Sequence record: OK905446.1
Length of the DNA stretch: 64,000 nucleotides
Direction: 5' to 3' (one strand)
Shown here: piece after piece, positions 6,396 through 16,206 of the stretch
How the letters are laid out: each line of letters opens with the position of its first letter
Position numbering within the stretch: the first letter of the stretch is position 1
Position numbers and translations under genes: made by a program
The notes under the pieces: generated by a model
What the model saw: the letters and a program-made list of their open reading frames with translations, nothing else
What the model was told of the DNA's origin: nothing
Database searches by the model: none

Positions 6396-6914
6396 ATGTT
6401 CGATTGGGAAGCAATAGAAACAGCTATCAATAACAGTCACCCGAATAGTACGATCTATGTCGGGTGTGATAGCAAGCGTAAGAGTGATATGATCAGTTAC
6501 GCTACTGTAATCATCATTCACCTTGAGGGTAGTAAAGGCGCTCAAGTATTCAAAACTATCGAAACAGAACCTGCTTACATGTCTTGTAAAGACGGTATTC
6601 GAAGTCGTTTGATGAATGAAGTATACAAAGCTGGTGAGACTGCATTGCGAGTCAAACCAATGTGTGGCCCTCGCGGGTTTGAAGTTCACGTTGACATCAA
6701 CCCTGACCCGTCACATCGTTCTCACATTGCGTATAACGAAGCTAAAGGGACTATCTTGGGATATGTGGGTCAAGAGCCCGTATTCAAGCCCGATGCGTTC
6801 GCAGCGTCTTGTGCAGCGGATTATGACGCGGTGCGCCGTGCTGATAAAATAGCAAAACGAAAAGAACTGCGAAGAGCGAAGCGAAAAGCCAATAAAGCAA
6901 ATCGTAGAAAATAG
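6396..6914 (+). CDS. YkuK/DUF458 ribonuclease H-like protein with a basic C-terminal tail
   Basis: YVGCDS, YATVIIIH, EVHVDIN, KPDAFAASCAAD motifs; GAGGTG RBS before ATG 6396. Confidence 0.75.
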   Translation: MFDWEAIETAINNSHPNSTIYVGCDSKRKSDMISYATVIIIHLEGSKGAQVFKTIETEPAYMSCKDGIRSRLMNEVYKAGETALRVKPMCGPRGFEVHVDINPDPSHRSHIAYNEAKGTILGYVGQEPVFKPDAFAASCAADYDAVRRADKIAKRKELRRAKRKANKANRRK

Positions 6915-6969
6915 TTGCAATGTGTTCTCTGCCTGATATACTTCTTGTAAATCTAATGGAGAACATATT

Positions 6970-7275
6970 ATGACACGCGGCGAATTTGAAGACTGGAAAC
7001 GAATTACCGAACGTTCTACCAACAAATGGACACTAGATGAAGTGACTCAGCACAATCGAGGTAGCTATCTGTTCTATAAAGGCGGCATTGACGGGAATTA
7101 TATTCGTGTTGAAAACGGTCGAGCGTCTATAGGGAATTATGAAGGTGCGTTGCCGCATATCGGTGAAGCATGTTTCATTGAGCTATACGCAAATACTTTT
7201 GAAAACAATGATGTTGCGATTCAACGTCTTATCGAGACGGGTGGGTTGCCATTTCTTGTTGAACTATTCAGTTAA
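6970..7275 (+). CDS. hypothetical protein
   Basis: GGAG RBS, 101 aa. Confidence 0.75.
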   Translation: MTRGEFEDWKRITERSTNKWTLDEVTQHNRGSYLFYKGGIDGNYIRVENGRASIGNYEGALPHIGEACFIELYANTFENNDVAIQRLIETGGLPFLVELFS

Positions 7276-7290
7276 TCATTTGATTATCTT

Positions 7291-7315
7291 CAGGCGCCCA
7301 TGTGGCGCCTTTTTT
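7291..7315 (+). terminator. intrinsic terminator
   Basis: AGGCGCC-CATGT-GGCGCCT-TTTTT. Confidence 0.8.
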
Positions 7316-7319
7316 GTAT

Positions 7320-7327
7320 CATAAATA
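7320..7327 (+). promoter_or_regulatory. late promoter CATAAATA
   Basis: One-mismatch T4 late box upstream of tail fibre 1; same variant precedes fibre 2. Confidence 0.7.
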
Positions 7328-7365
7328 CTGTCATATGAAATATTTCAATAAATGGAATGAAACTA

Positions 7366-10300
7366 ATGGCAGAATTACGTTCAACAACCGCGATTGGCGG
7401 TAACATAGTATGGCACGGAGGTAATTTACGTTTTGATCCGCAAGGGGAAACGGTTCTTTACAACGGCTATAAACTCTATACAGAAAATGACAAGCCAGAC
7501 CCGCATACTGATTTAACCGTACCTGTTGTTAAACTTGGTGGCGATACAATGACTGGCGACCTTGTCATTGCTAAAGCAACTGCTCAACTTCATTTAAGCA
7601 GTACTGCAAACACAGACGCAAGTTTGTACTTGACTGAAGATAGTGGTAATCACGGTGTTCGCTATCATTACGAAGGCAATGTGAATCAATGGCAAATTAT
7701 TCGCCGTGAGTCTGGGGCTGAAAATGTTGTCATGTACGGTTCTCGTTCTAATAACAACGTCGTGATTAACGGCATTGGTTACGTCAACACAACTCAGAGA
7801 ATCTTTGCAGATAACTATCACCCGAATGCAGACAAATGGACGACTGCTCGTACGTTGACATTAGCAGGCGAAGTGACTGGCTCAGTATCAATCGACGGTA
7901 CATCAAACGTAACGATTAATGCTGTTCTACCGAATCATACTACATTTGCAGAAGTTGGTATCAATGCAGCATATCCAGAATATAAAGCAACCGGCGCGAC
8001 CACAGCGGGTGTTGATACTACGGTAGATTGGGATACTCTTGTTCGTGGCGGTACATACTATAAGCTATCACAAGGTACAAATCGACCATCTGGATTTACT
8101 GGTTATTGGTATCTTCAAAACTTCACATACGGGTCTACTGAGAATACTACTCAAATTGCATACCCATACGGTCTGACTGGCAACGTTGGTACGATTGCTA
8201 TGCGTACTCAGTATAGCGACGTGTGGGAAGATTGGGTGTATATGTATCATACAGATTATCACCCGAATGCAGACAAATGGACAACTGCTCGTACGTTAAC
8301 GCTCTCGGGTGATGTTAGTGGCTCGGTATCAATTGATGGTAGCTCAAACGTTACATTGACAACTGTAGTTGCTGATGATTCTCACACTCACGATGGGCGA
8401 TACTACACTGAAGCAGAAGCCGATGGTCGATTTGTAAACTCGACTGGCGATACAATGACCGGTAACTTGACAATCGGTGCAAACGATCTTATTTTCGATG
8501 TTGGTGCCAAGATTACGCGAGAAGCAAACCCAGGTACTGCTTTAATCCCGGGTAGTGACAACTCACTGAACTTATATGCGCCTACTAACGGTAACTTGAC
8601 TGTCGTTCTATCTGCGAATGATTCAAACGACTCGTTTAACGTCGTTTCATCTGAAGGAACAGAAACAACCGGTCACGTGTATACAAGACGTTCATTCTGG
8701 GTTAATGGTCAAGGTCACACATACGCTGCTGGTAACATGTATGTCAACGATTCTCAACGAGTATTTGCGGACAACTATCACCCAAATGCTGATACGTGGA
8801 CAACTGCTCGTACGTTAACACTTTCAGGTGATGTGACTGGTTCTGTGTCAATCAATGGTAGCTCAAACGTTACATTGACTGCTACAGTAGGGAACGATTC
8901 GCACACTCACGATGGTCGATACTACACTGAAGCAGAAGCTGATGCTCGATTTGCGCCTATAGCAGGTGGCGGGTATGTTCAGAAAACCGGCGATACAATG
9001 AGTTCGTCATTGACAATTGCGGGTACTGCGGGTAATACTGAACCGTCTACTGACAACGTTAAAGTCGATTACTACGGTCTAATCGGTAATCGCGGGTCGG
9101 TATATTTGCATAACGCATACGCGGCAGGCGATGTTGCTATTGGCGTTGGTGGCATTTTCGGCACAAATCGAAAGCTAACAATTGCAAGTTCTGCTATTAC
9201 TGCTACTGTAAACATCACAGCTCCTACATTCGTTGGTGCTCTGAGTGGTAACGCATCTACTGCAACTACTGCAAAACAAGAAGCTAAGTGGACAACTGCT
9301 CGTACGTTGACAGTTGGTAAAACTGCTAAGTCAGTAGATGGGACGGGTAACGTAGCGTGGTCTGCTCAAGAGATCACGGGTACATATAGTGCCGATCAGC
9401 AAACATTTGGTACAAACAACCGTGTAACAACTGATGAATTCGTTTCATTGTTGAGTTCGAAGGGTGCGTTTTCTACGTTCTACTGGGTTTGTCGTGGTAG
9501 TTGGTCATACGCTGCACAGGTTACAGTAGATACGGGATATGGCGTATTCGGAACGGCCGGTTCGGTTATTGAAGTAATTGGTAACTCAACAACGGGTTGT
9601 ACGATTCGAGTAACTACTCCGACTACAGCATCTGGTGCAACTCAGAGACAAGAGTTCATCTATGTGAGTAACGGTACATCATACTCACCGGGTTGGCGTG
9701 CACCTTATGGTTCACATTACCACCCACTAGCCGATAAATGGACGACTGCGCGTACATTAACACTTTCGGGTGATGCAAGTGGTTCAGTATCAATTGATGG
9801 TTCAGCTAACGCTACGTTGGCAGTTACTGTTGCTGATAACAGTCATAACCACTCAAGCACGACTGGTAGTTTTACTCTTGGCGGAACACTGATTCATACC
9901 GGCACTGCTTCATACGATAAACTAAGGGTGTGGTCGAGTGGCTCTTACACAATCGGGATGACTAACAACTTGTCGTTTGGTTGGCTGGGCACTGATTATG
10001 CAATGACGTTCACTATGAACAACTCAACAACTCGTGGGTTCTTGTGGCGTGATGAGTCAGACGCTGTTACTGATGGTGCAATGTCATTGACTACTAACGG
10101 AAACCTGATGGTTAAGAACGTTATTGGTCTGGGTGGTGATACTACTCGATACATGCAGAACTCATCAAACGAGGGTAGCTGGCTTTTCCGTTCTGATAAC
10201 GGGATCACATGGCATTTCGGTGCTAGAAACACGTCATGGGTTCATAACTCAACCGATGCAACGAGTGGGTTCTATTACTATCAGGCAATTCAGTCTGCTA

Positions 10301-10623
10301 GTAACATTACTGCATATTCTGATGCGCGAGTTAAAACTAACATTGAGCGAATCGAAAACCCGCTTGATAAAATTGATAGGCTGAACGGTTACACGTATGA
10401 CCGTACTGACATTGAATGTCCGAGACAAACTGGTGTAATTGCTCAAGAAGTTCTTGAAGTTCTGCCAGAAGCTGTTGTTGAAGCTGGTGGTGACGCTGAT
10501 GGGCACTATGCAGTTGCATACGGAAACATGGTTGGTCTATTAATCGAGGGTATCAAAGAAGAGAAACGCAAGCGCGAAGCTCTTGAAGAACGTCTTGCTA
10601 GACTTGAGGCACTACTAAGTTAA
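7366..10623 (+). CDS. long tail fibre distal subunit 1 (gp36-like N-terminus, gp37-like repeats, peptidase S74 chaperone)
   Basis: MAELRSTTAIGGNIVWHGGN resembles T4 gp36 N-terminus; GDTMTG and HTH/HNH repeats; YSDARVKTNI...GVIAQEV...YGNMVGLLIEGIKE S74 domain; alternative start 7357. Confidence 0.9.
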   Translation: MAELRSTTAIGGNIVWHGGNLRFDPQGETVLYNGYKLYTENDKPDPHTDLTVPVVKLGGDTMTGDLVIAKATAQLHLSSTANTDASLYLTEDSGNHGVRYHYEGNVNQWQIIRRESGAENVVMYGSRSNNNVVINGIGYVNTTQRIFADNYHPNADKWTTARTLTLAGEVTGSVSIDGTSNVTINAVLPNHTTFAEVGINAAYPEYKATGATTAGVDTTVDWDTLVRGGTYYKLSQGTNRPSGFTGYWYLQNFTYGSTENTTQIAYPYGLTGNVGTIAMRTQYSDVWEDWVYMYHTDYHPNADKWTTARTLTLSGDVSGSVSIDGSSNVTLTTVVADDSHTHDGRYYTEAEADGRFVNSTGDTMTGNLTIGANDLIFDVGAKITREANPGTALIPGSDNSLNLYAPTNGNLTVVLSANDSNDSFNVVSSEGTETTGHVYTRRSFWVNGQGHTYAAGNMYVNDSQRVFADNYHPNADTWTTARTLTLSGDVTGSVSINGSSNVTLTATVGNDSHTHDGRYYTEAEADARFAPIAGGGYVQKTGDTMSSSLTIAGTAGNTEPSTDNVKVDYYGLIGNRGSVYLHNAYAAGDVAIGVGGIFGTNRKLTIASSAITATVNITAPTFVGALSGNASTATTAKQEAKWTTARTLTVGKTAKSVDGTGNVAWSAQEITGTYSADQQTFGTNNRVTTDEFVSLLSSKGAFSTFYWVCRGSWSYAAQVTVDTGYGVFGTAGSVIEVIGNSTTGCTIRVTTPTTASGATQRQEFIYVSNGTSYSPGWRAPYGSHYHPLADKWTTARTLTLSGDASGSVSIDGSANATLAVTVADNSHNHSSTTGSFTLGGTLIHTGTASYDKLRVWSSGSYTIGMTNNLSFGWLGTDYAMTFTMNNSTTRGFLWRDESDAVTDGAMSLTTNGNLMVKNVIGLGGDTTRYMQNSSNEGSWLFRSDNGITWHFGARNTSWVHNSTDATSGFYYYQAIQSASNITAYSDARVKTNIERIENPLDKIDRLNGYTYDRTDIECPRQTGVIAQEVLEVLPEAVVEAGGDADGHYAVAYGNMVGLLIEGIKEEKRKREALEERLARLEALLS

Positions 10624-10625
10624 TT

Positions 10626-10648
10626 AAAGCTCCTTCGGGAGCTTTTTT
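10626..10648 (+). terminator. intrinsic terminator (UUCG loop)
   Basis: AAAGCTCC-TTCG-GGAGCTTT-TTT. Confidence 0.9.
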
Positions 10649-10655
10649 GTATCTG

Positions 10656-10663
10656 CATAAATA
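10656..10663 (+). promoter_or_regulatory. late promoter CATAAATA
   Basis: 30 nt upstream of the fibre 2 start. Confidence 0.7.
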
Positions 10664-10693
10664 CATGATAAATGTACTCAATGAGAAAATAAC

Positions 10694-13600
10694 ATGGCAG
10701 AACTAAGATCAACTACCGCAATTGGTGGTAACATAGTCTGGCACGGAGGCAATCTTCGTTTTGATCCGCAAGGCGATACGATTCTGTACCAAGGCTACAA
10801 AATTTACACAGAACACGACACACCACTGCCAGGCGAACTAGGTAACGGTGGTACGACTTCTGCGTTTACAAAGACTGAAGCTGATGCACGATTCGCCCCT
10901 ATAGCGGGAGGTGGTTACGTTCAGAAGATCGGTGATACAATGACCGGTAAACTGACTAACACGGCAAATGAAATTGAAATCCGTGGTAGTTCTCCGCGTC
11001 TATTGCTTCAAGATAATGACGGTACGAAGCGTTGGTATCTAATCAACGATGGTGGCAATTTCAGCGTTCGTGAGAACGACACTGCAACAACTCGTTTCCG
11101 TATTGACGCGACTGCCGCGAACTTCATGATTGAAAATATCGACATCAACTCGAAAACAGCATTTCGTGGATTCGATTCTTGGCTGCGTATCAACGATCAG
11201 CTTGCATTCACGCAAGGCGTTTACTTTGGTGCGTCGAATATCAGAACTGATGGTCAGTTGCAAGTGGGTACAACTACGACTGATGGTCTATTGGCAACAA
11301 CTGCTGTTCTGAAATACAAAAACAACAACGTGTTTCACGACGGGTATCACCCAAATGCAGATAAGTGGACTACTGCACGCACGCTCACAACGACTCTAAC
11401 GGGCGATGTGACGGGTTCTGCGTCTATGTCTATAGATGGGTCGGCTAACGCGACTGTGACCGTTACAGCGACTGTAGCGAACGATTCGCACACTCACGAT
11501 GGTCGTTACTACACTGAGACAGAATCGGATGCTCGTTTTGCAAACGTAACTGGCGACACAATTACTGGGAAATACTTCTTCACTGAGTCTGATAGTAGCC
11601 CAACTGTAGCTGTGAATGATTCGCTTCATGGTATGTCAGCTTTCCCTATTGGCGGTAATGGTATAACTGAACCAGCCGGTACGCCTTTGATATTGCACTC
11701 AGGGACTGGCGGATCTCTTGCATACTCGCCTGATGGTGGTATCACATACCCATTCTGGGTTAACTTTGGCGGGGGTGCTTACTTTGCTGCTGATGTGACA
11801 GCACAGAACTTTGTCGGCGATCTTGTAGGCAACGCATCTACTGCATCATCTGCGGCTAAGTGGACGACTGCTCGTACTCTAACAATCGGTGCAACTGCAA
11901 AGACAGTGGACGGGACTGGTAATGTTACATGGACTGCCAAAGAGATTACGGGCGACATATACGGTGCAATGTACAAGTACAGACGCGATCATAGTGTAAA
12001 CATAAACGCGCCTGCTAAATTGCTAGATCAAGATGGGTCAGCAATCACTCGTGGATCTATTAGAGTTAGAGGTGTTGTAACGGGTACAGGTACCACTGAT
12101 ACTGCATCTAGTGCAACGTTCACGAATATAAATGGTGCATGGTCGGTTATTAATACTACTCAGAGTGGCTCAAGCAGTAACCGTGTTCGATTCTTCATTG
12201 ATACTGATGGTGATCCTGCTGTTTCAACGTGGCATACATCGAACTACGTTGTTGAGGTATATCATGAATTCGTTGATACGGGTGGAAACTATCATCCGAA
12301 TTTCTGGGGTATTGATGGGGTATTGTCTGCTGTTAACGGAACGTTGAAATACGGTAGTAACACTGTATTCCACGACGCATATCACCCAAATGCAGACAGT
12401 CTAACGACTGGACGTTTGATCAACGGTACTTCATTCAACGGTACGGCTGATATTACAACTGCGAAGTGGGGTACTGCAAGAACTCTAACACTATCTGGTG
12501 ATGCAAGTGGTTCAGTTTCATGGGACGGTTCAGCTAACGCTACGTTGTCAGTTGCTGTTGCTGATAACAGTCACAACCACAACAACTTGAGACCGAAAAG
12601 CCAGAACTGGAATACTCAGACTGATGATTTCGTAACTGGTTCATCTAGCTCAGTTGCCGGTGCTCCGACGACATCATTCATCAACTGGATTCAGTGGGGT
12701 CATAACGGCGGTTCGAAATATAGACACTCATTGTATTCATTCGCTGATGGGTCTGCAATGACTCAATTGTGGTATGGTTACAAGAACAACACGTCTGATA
12801 CTACATCAAATGCAGTTGGTCAGCGAGTGTTCATGGACAACTACCACCCGAATGCAGATACATGGACAACTGCTAGAACGTTGTCTTTATCGGGTGATGC
12901 AACTGGCTCAGTATCAATCAATGGTGGCTCAAACGTTACATTGGCAGTTACTGTTGCGAATGATTCACACACGCACGATGGTCGATACTACACCGAGTCT
13001 GAATCAAACTCTAGATTCGCACAGAATACTGAGTTCTCGACTACTCAAACATTCGCGGGTATCATCAACAAGTACCTTGCAAAAGTAACATCATCTGGTG
13101 TTCTAGAAGTTGCTCGATACATCGACTTCCACACAACTAACAGCACAGCCGATTATGATATTCGTCTAGATTGTTCATCGGCTGGCAACTTGTCGGTGGT
13201 TGGCGGTACATTGACTAGTACTACGTTTAACGCGACGGGAACTACTTCTGGTCTAGGTGTGACTTACAACGGCAAGACAGCAATTGGGGGTAGCAATGAC
13301 TCTTGGTTGAGATTGAACCCACATAGTCAGTTTTCAACGGGTATCTATTGTGGTAGTGCTGGTGTGTTGAGACACGATACGTTGATCTCAGTAGGGTCTC
13401 TTGGAAACAGCGATTCGATTGGTATTCGTAAAGGTGCACACACCACATGGGGTATTGATAAAAACGCATACATTGAAATGGGTGGCGGACCGACTACTGG
13501 TTCAACTGCATCATACTTGTGGCGTTACAAAGATACGGCTGGTGCTCGACTAAACGCTATGGATGTACTCGACCAAACTGGTCAGACTCGTCTATGGGTT

Positions 13601-13990
13601 GGTAAAAACAGCAAGTACTTCACATTTGACGTTGATGGTTCATTTACTGCTCTAGCTAACATCACGGCTTACTCAGATAAACGATTGAAAGATAACTTGG
13701 AAGAGATTGACAACGCTATCGGCAAAGTCAGTCAGCTTAAAGGTTACACATACAGTCGTATCGACGATGTAAACCCTGATACACGCTACGCGGGTGTAAT
13801 TGCTCAAGACGTTCAGAAAGTGCTTCCTGAAGTCGTACGCGAAGATTCTGAAGGGATGTTGAGTGTGGACTACGGTAACATGACTGCTCTATTGATTAAC
13901 GCAATCAACGAGCTTAATGGAAAAGTTGAAGAACTTCAAACTGAAGTGAAAGAACTTAAACGTCCGTGGTGGAAACGCTTACTTCGCTGA
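10694..13990 (+). CDS. long tail fibre distal subunit 2 (gp36-like N-terminus, gp37-like repeats, peptidase S74 chaperone)
   Basis: First 27 aa identical to fibre 1; YSDKRLKDNL...GVIAQDV...YGNMTALLINAINE S74 domain. Confidence 0.9.
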   Translation: MAELRSTTAIGGNIVWHGGNLRFDPQGDTILYQGYKIYTEHDTPLPGELGNGGTTSAFTKTEADARFAPIAGGGYVQKIGDTMTGKLTNTANEIEIRGSSPRLLLQDNDGTKRWYLINDGGNFSVRENDTATTRFRIDATAANFMIENIDINSKTAFRGFDSWLRINDQLAFTQGVYFGASNIRTDGQLQVGTTTTDGLLATTAVLKYKNNNVFHDGYHPNADKWTTARTLTTTLTGDVTGSASMSIDGSANATVTVTATVANDSHTHDGRYYTETESDARFANVTGDTITGKYFFTESDSSPTVAVNDSLHGMSAFPIGGNGITEPAGTPLILHSGTGGSLAYSPDGGITYPFWVNFGGGAYFAADVTAQNFVGDLVGNASTASSAAKWTTARTLTIGATAKTVDGTGNVTWTAKEITGDIYGAMYKYRRDHSVNINAPAKLLDQDGSAITRGSIRVRGVVTGTGTTDTASSATFTNINGAWSVINTTQSGSSSNRVRFFIDTDGDPAVSTWHTSNYVVEVYHEFVDTGGNYHPNFWGIDGVLSAVNGTLKYGSNTVFHDAYHPNADSLTTGRLINGTSFNGTADITTAKWGTARTLTLSGDASGSVSWDGSANATLSVAVADNSHNHNNLRPKSQNWNTQTDDFVTGSSSSVAGAPTTSFINWIQWGHNGGSKYRHSLYSFADGSAMTQLWYGYKNNTSDTTSNAVGQRVFMDNYHPNADTWTTARTLSLSGDATGSVSINGGSNVTLAVTVANDSHTHDGRYYTESESNSRFAQNTEFSTTQTFAGIINKYLAKVTSSGVLEVARYIDFHTTNSTADYDIRLDCSSAGNLSVVGGTLTSTTFNATGTTSGLGVTYNGKTAIGGSNDSWLRLNPHSQFSTGIYCGSAGVLRHDTLISVGSLGNSDSIGIRKGAHTTWGIDKNAYIEMGGGPTTGSTASYLWRYKDTAGARLNAMDVLDQTGQTRLWVGKNSKYFTFDVDGSFTALANITAYSDKRLKDNLEEIDNAIGKVSQLKGYTYSRIDDVNPDTRYAGVIAQDVQKVLPEVVREDSEGMLSVDYGNMTALLINAINELNGKVEELQTEVKELKRPWWKRLLR

Positions 13991-13996
13991 TAGAAG

Positions 13997-14004
13997 TATA
14001 AATA
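13997..14004 (+). promoter_or_regulatory. late promoter TATAAATA
   Basis: Exact consensus upstream of 14050. Confidence 0.8.
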
Positions 14005-14049
14005 CAGTTGACAGTCAGAGAATAAGAAACGAACATAGGAACCAATACT

Positions 14050-14625
14050 ATGAGCAAAGCAGCACAATTGTTATTAGCTGTGATCGGTACGATTCTTATC
14101 CCTCTGGCTATCACCTCAATGAGCGTGGCGACTAACTACGGTAGTATGCAGGAAGCATTACAAGTTGTACAAGAACAAGGCAAGACCGCAGTTGAGCAAA
14201 ACGCTAAAATAATGCAAGAAATGACTGACATCAAACTAACAAACGCGACACAAGCACAACAATTGATCGGACTAGAAGGGGCGCAAGCCATTATAGTTAA
14301 GAAGCAAGATGAAATGCTAGTGAAATATGGTAGTATTGAAAGCGAAGTAAAAGCATTGAGGAGTTCTTCGGAATTGGGCGACAAAAATCTAGTGAATTCA
14401 GTTGAAGGTCTTAAAACAACCCAAAGCGCGATAATGACTAAGATAGACGGTACCCATACAAGATACTCTAAAATTGAGACTGATTTAGCCAGAGTCGAAA
14501 CATTAATTAACGTTGACTCATCTGACCGATTTACGGGGAAAGATGGGAAATTACTTAATACTCGTATTGATAATCTTGAGACGAAAGTTAACGAGATTGA
14601 CACACGAACTAAGAACGTACAGTGA
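14050..14625 (+). CDS. single-pass membrane coiled-coil protein, possible holin (gene t position)
   Basis: N-terminal hydrophobic helix, late promoter, lies between fibre genes and asiA as T4 gene t does; no sequence match recognised. Confidence 0.45.
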   Translation: MSKAAQLLLAVIGTILIPLAITSMSVATNYGSMQEALQVVQEQGKTAVEQNAKIMQEMTDIKLTNATQAQQLIGLEGAQAIIVKKQDEMLVKYGSIESEVKALRSSSELGDKNLVNSVEGLKTTQSAIMTKIDGTHTRYSKIETDLARVETLINVDSSDRFTGKDGKLLNTRIDNLETKVNEIDTRTKNVQ

Positions 14626-14627
14626 CC

Positions 14628-14660
14628 GAAAAAAAGGAGAGCGAATGCTCTCCTTTTCTT
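14628..14660. terminator. bidirectional terminator
   Basis: AAAAAAGGAGAGC-GAAT-GCTCTCCTTTT between convergent genes. Confidence 0.85.
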
Positions 14661-14956
14661 TATTCTTCGTGTACAATCCAATCGTCGGCTAGAATGTCTG
14701 CTTGAGACGCAACCCAGCCCGGTTGCCATTTTTGTTCAGCCGTAAACATAGCGATATACGGTTGGCTATCTAAAGGCGTGTCTTCGCCGATATGTTTTGC
14801 AGTACGGTCATTCACTTTACGCATTGTGTCCTGAGTGTTAAAAGGAGGCAAGTAAAGTGCTGGCATTAACACAATGAACATACCCTTACCATTCCAACCC
14901 TCACGTGAGAGTTTTCGACCTGCTTTTAACGATGCTAACGCATTTCCAAATTCCAT
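14660..14956 (-). CDS. tad2: Thoeris anti-defence Tad2-like (DUF2829) protein
   Basis: FGNALASLKAGRKLSREGWNGKGMFI...GWVASQADILADDW, the DUF2829 signature. Confidence 0.85.
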   Translation of the reverse strand: MEFGNALASLKAGRKLSREGWNGKGMFIVLMPALYLPPFNTQDTMRKVNDRTAKHIGEDTPLDSQPYIAMFTAEQKWQPGWVASQADILADDWIVHEE

Positions 14957-14963
14957 AATTTAC

Positions 14964-15263
14964 CTATACATAAATGCTTTCTAAGATTGATTCACTCGTC
15001 GGAATATTTCCCCACGAGAACGTTTCACGAACTTCACGTTTAACACCACGTGGAAGTCTGGCAAACATCTGTCGAAATGACATCTGTGTGAATTCTTTGC
15101 CGGTAGTTGTTCTAAATCCTGCTTCGTTGCACATTTCTACAAAGAGTTTCTGATTTGTGACACAATCATCATATCCAAGCTTGACTAATAGTGATGCATA
15201 TGCTGCAATATCAAGGGCCAGTTCTGATGATGTGTTGTAGTTGGTAACTGATACTTCTTTCAT
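14964..15263 (-). CDS. asiA: anti-sigma70 factor AsiA
   Basis: IAAYASLLVKLG...NQKLFVEMCNEAG...TQMSFRQM aligns with T4 AsiA; syntenic position. Confidence 0.8.
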   Translation of the reverse strand: MKEVSVTNYNTSSELALDIAAYASLLVKLGYDDCVTNQKLFVEMCNEAGFRTTTGKEFTQMSFRQMFARLPRGVKREVRETFSWGNIPTSESILESIYV

Positions 15264-15265
15264 AA

Positions 15266-16081
15266 TTAAAACTCTTCTTCGTCTAATGACATTAATACTT
15301 TATCTAAATCGGATACATCTGGAATAACAATCTTTTTGTGAACTTCTTCGAGTTCATTTTCGTCATTCCAATCGTCTTCATCATTATAGTCTAAACACTC
15401 AATAACATCAACCGTCTTCTTCCCGATCTGCGCGGGGCAGTTAAGGTTCGCGGTCTTATCGTATGCGTCTACAACGTATCGCAATTTACCGATAGCGAAC
15501 GCATACAGCTTGGGTTTCTGGTTCTCATCTAGAACAAGCATTGCACATGCTTTATCTGCTGAACGTCTTACGTTAGATAGTCGTAAACCGCACGTGTAAA
15601 ACGTGGGTAATTTTTCTCGCGTCTCGCCGTCGGTGTATTTCACTTTGACTTTGTTCTGTCGAAGAATTGATTTGAACCAGTCCTCTTGCTTTTGATAATA
15701 ATGATGATAGTCGTATCGTGCCGATTTGATACGTTTCATGCCGTTGTTGGCTCTGTTAGATTCAGTGAAGTTAGCATATAGATTCATCGAGTTCAGAAAT
15801 ATCAACGACTCTGCATCCATCAACGTGATTTCTGCTCTAAAGCCGTCTAGTTTTGAACCTTTGATTCTATTGTCGTACAGCGTGTTTGTTACACAGCGCA
15901 CGTGATAGTGATCAAGTTTGCTAGTATCGATCACTTCAAATTCATACCCCGCATTCCGAACGCTTTTCGTTGGAATGATGATTTCTGCTCTGTCCATTAA
16001 TCGCCCCGACGTGCTGAATCGCACTCTTGTTGAGATAATCTGTAGATATTGTGTGGAAGATTTTCGTGACAGACATATCAC
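15266..16081 (-). CDS. hypothetical protein, acidic C-terminus
   Basis: 271-aa ORF abutting asiA. Confidence 0.7.
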   Translation of the reverse strand: MICLSRKSSTQYLQIISTRVRFSTSGRLMDRAEIIIPTKSVRNAGYEFEVIDTSKLDHYHVRCVTNTLYDNRIKGSKLDGFRAEITLMDAESLIFLNSMNLYANFTESNRANNGMKRIKSARYDYHHYYQKQEDWFKSILRQNKVKVKYTDGETREKLPTFYTCGLRLSNVRRSADKACAMLVLDENQKPKLYAFAIGKLRYVVDAYDKTANLNCPAQIGKKTVDVIECLDYNDEDDWNDENELEEVHKKIVIPDVSDLDKVLMSLDEEEF

Positions 16082-16206
16082 GAAATTCGGGTAACTGCTT
16101 TAGTTGTTCTGCGATTTGAATAGAACAGCGAACTTTCAATTGTTGTGTTTCTTTCATCGACACCTCCCGTCTTGATATTTTACTTCAAATAAGAGTCATT
16201 CTAAAC

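Larger units (their letters stand above)
7816..13020 (+). repeat. dispersed module repeats shared by both fibres
   Basis: YHPxADxWTTAR-type units: 4 in fibre 1, 3 in fibre 2 (one divergent, YHPNADSLTTGR); SHTHDGRYYTE twice in each; DNA copies nearly identical (e.g. 7816, 8257, 8776, 12840). Confidence 0.9.

Noticed and set aside
7816-13020. Repeats as a CRISPR array or a diversity-generating retroelement
   Set aside because: In-frame protein repeats with irregular spacing; no cas or reverse transcriptase gene; no adenine-specific variation noticed
14136-14729. 197-aa antisense ORF over the holin-like gene
   Set aside because: Shadow frame crossing a terminator; the plus-strand gene has a promoter and RBS
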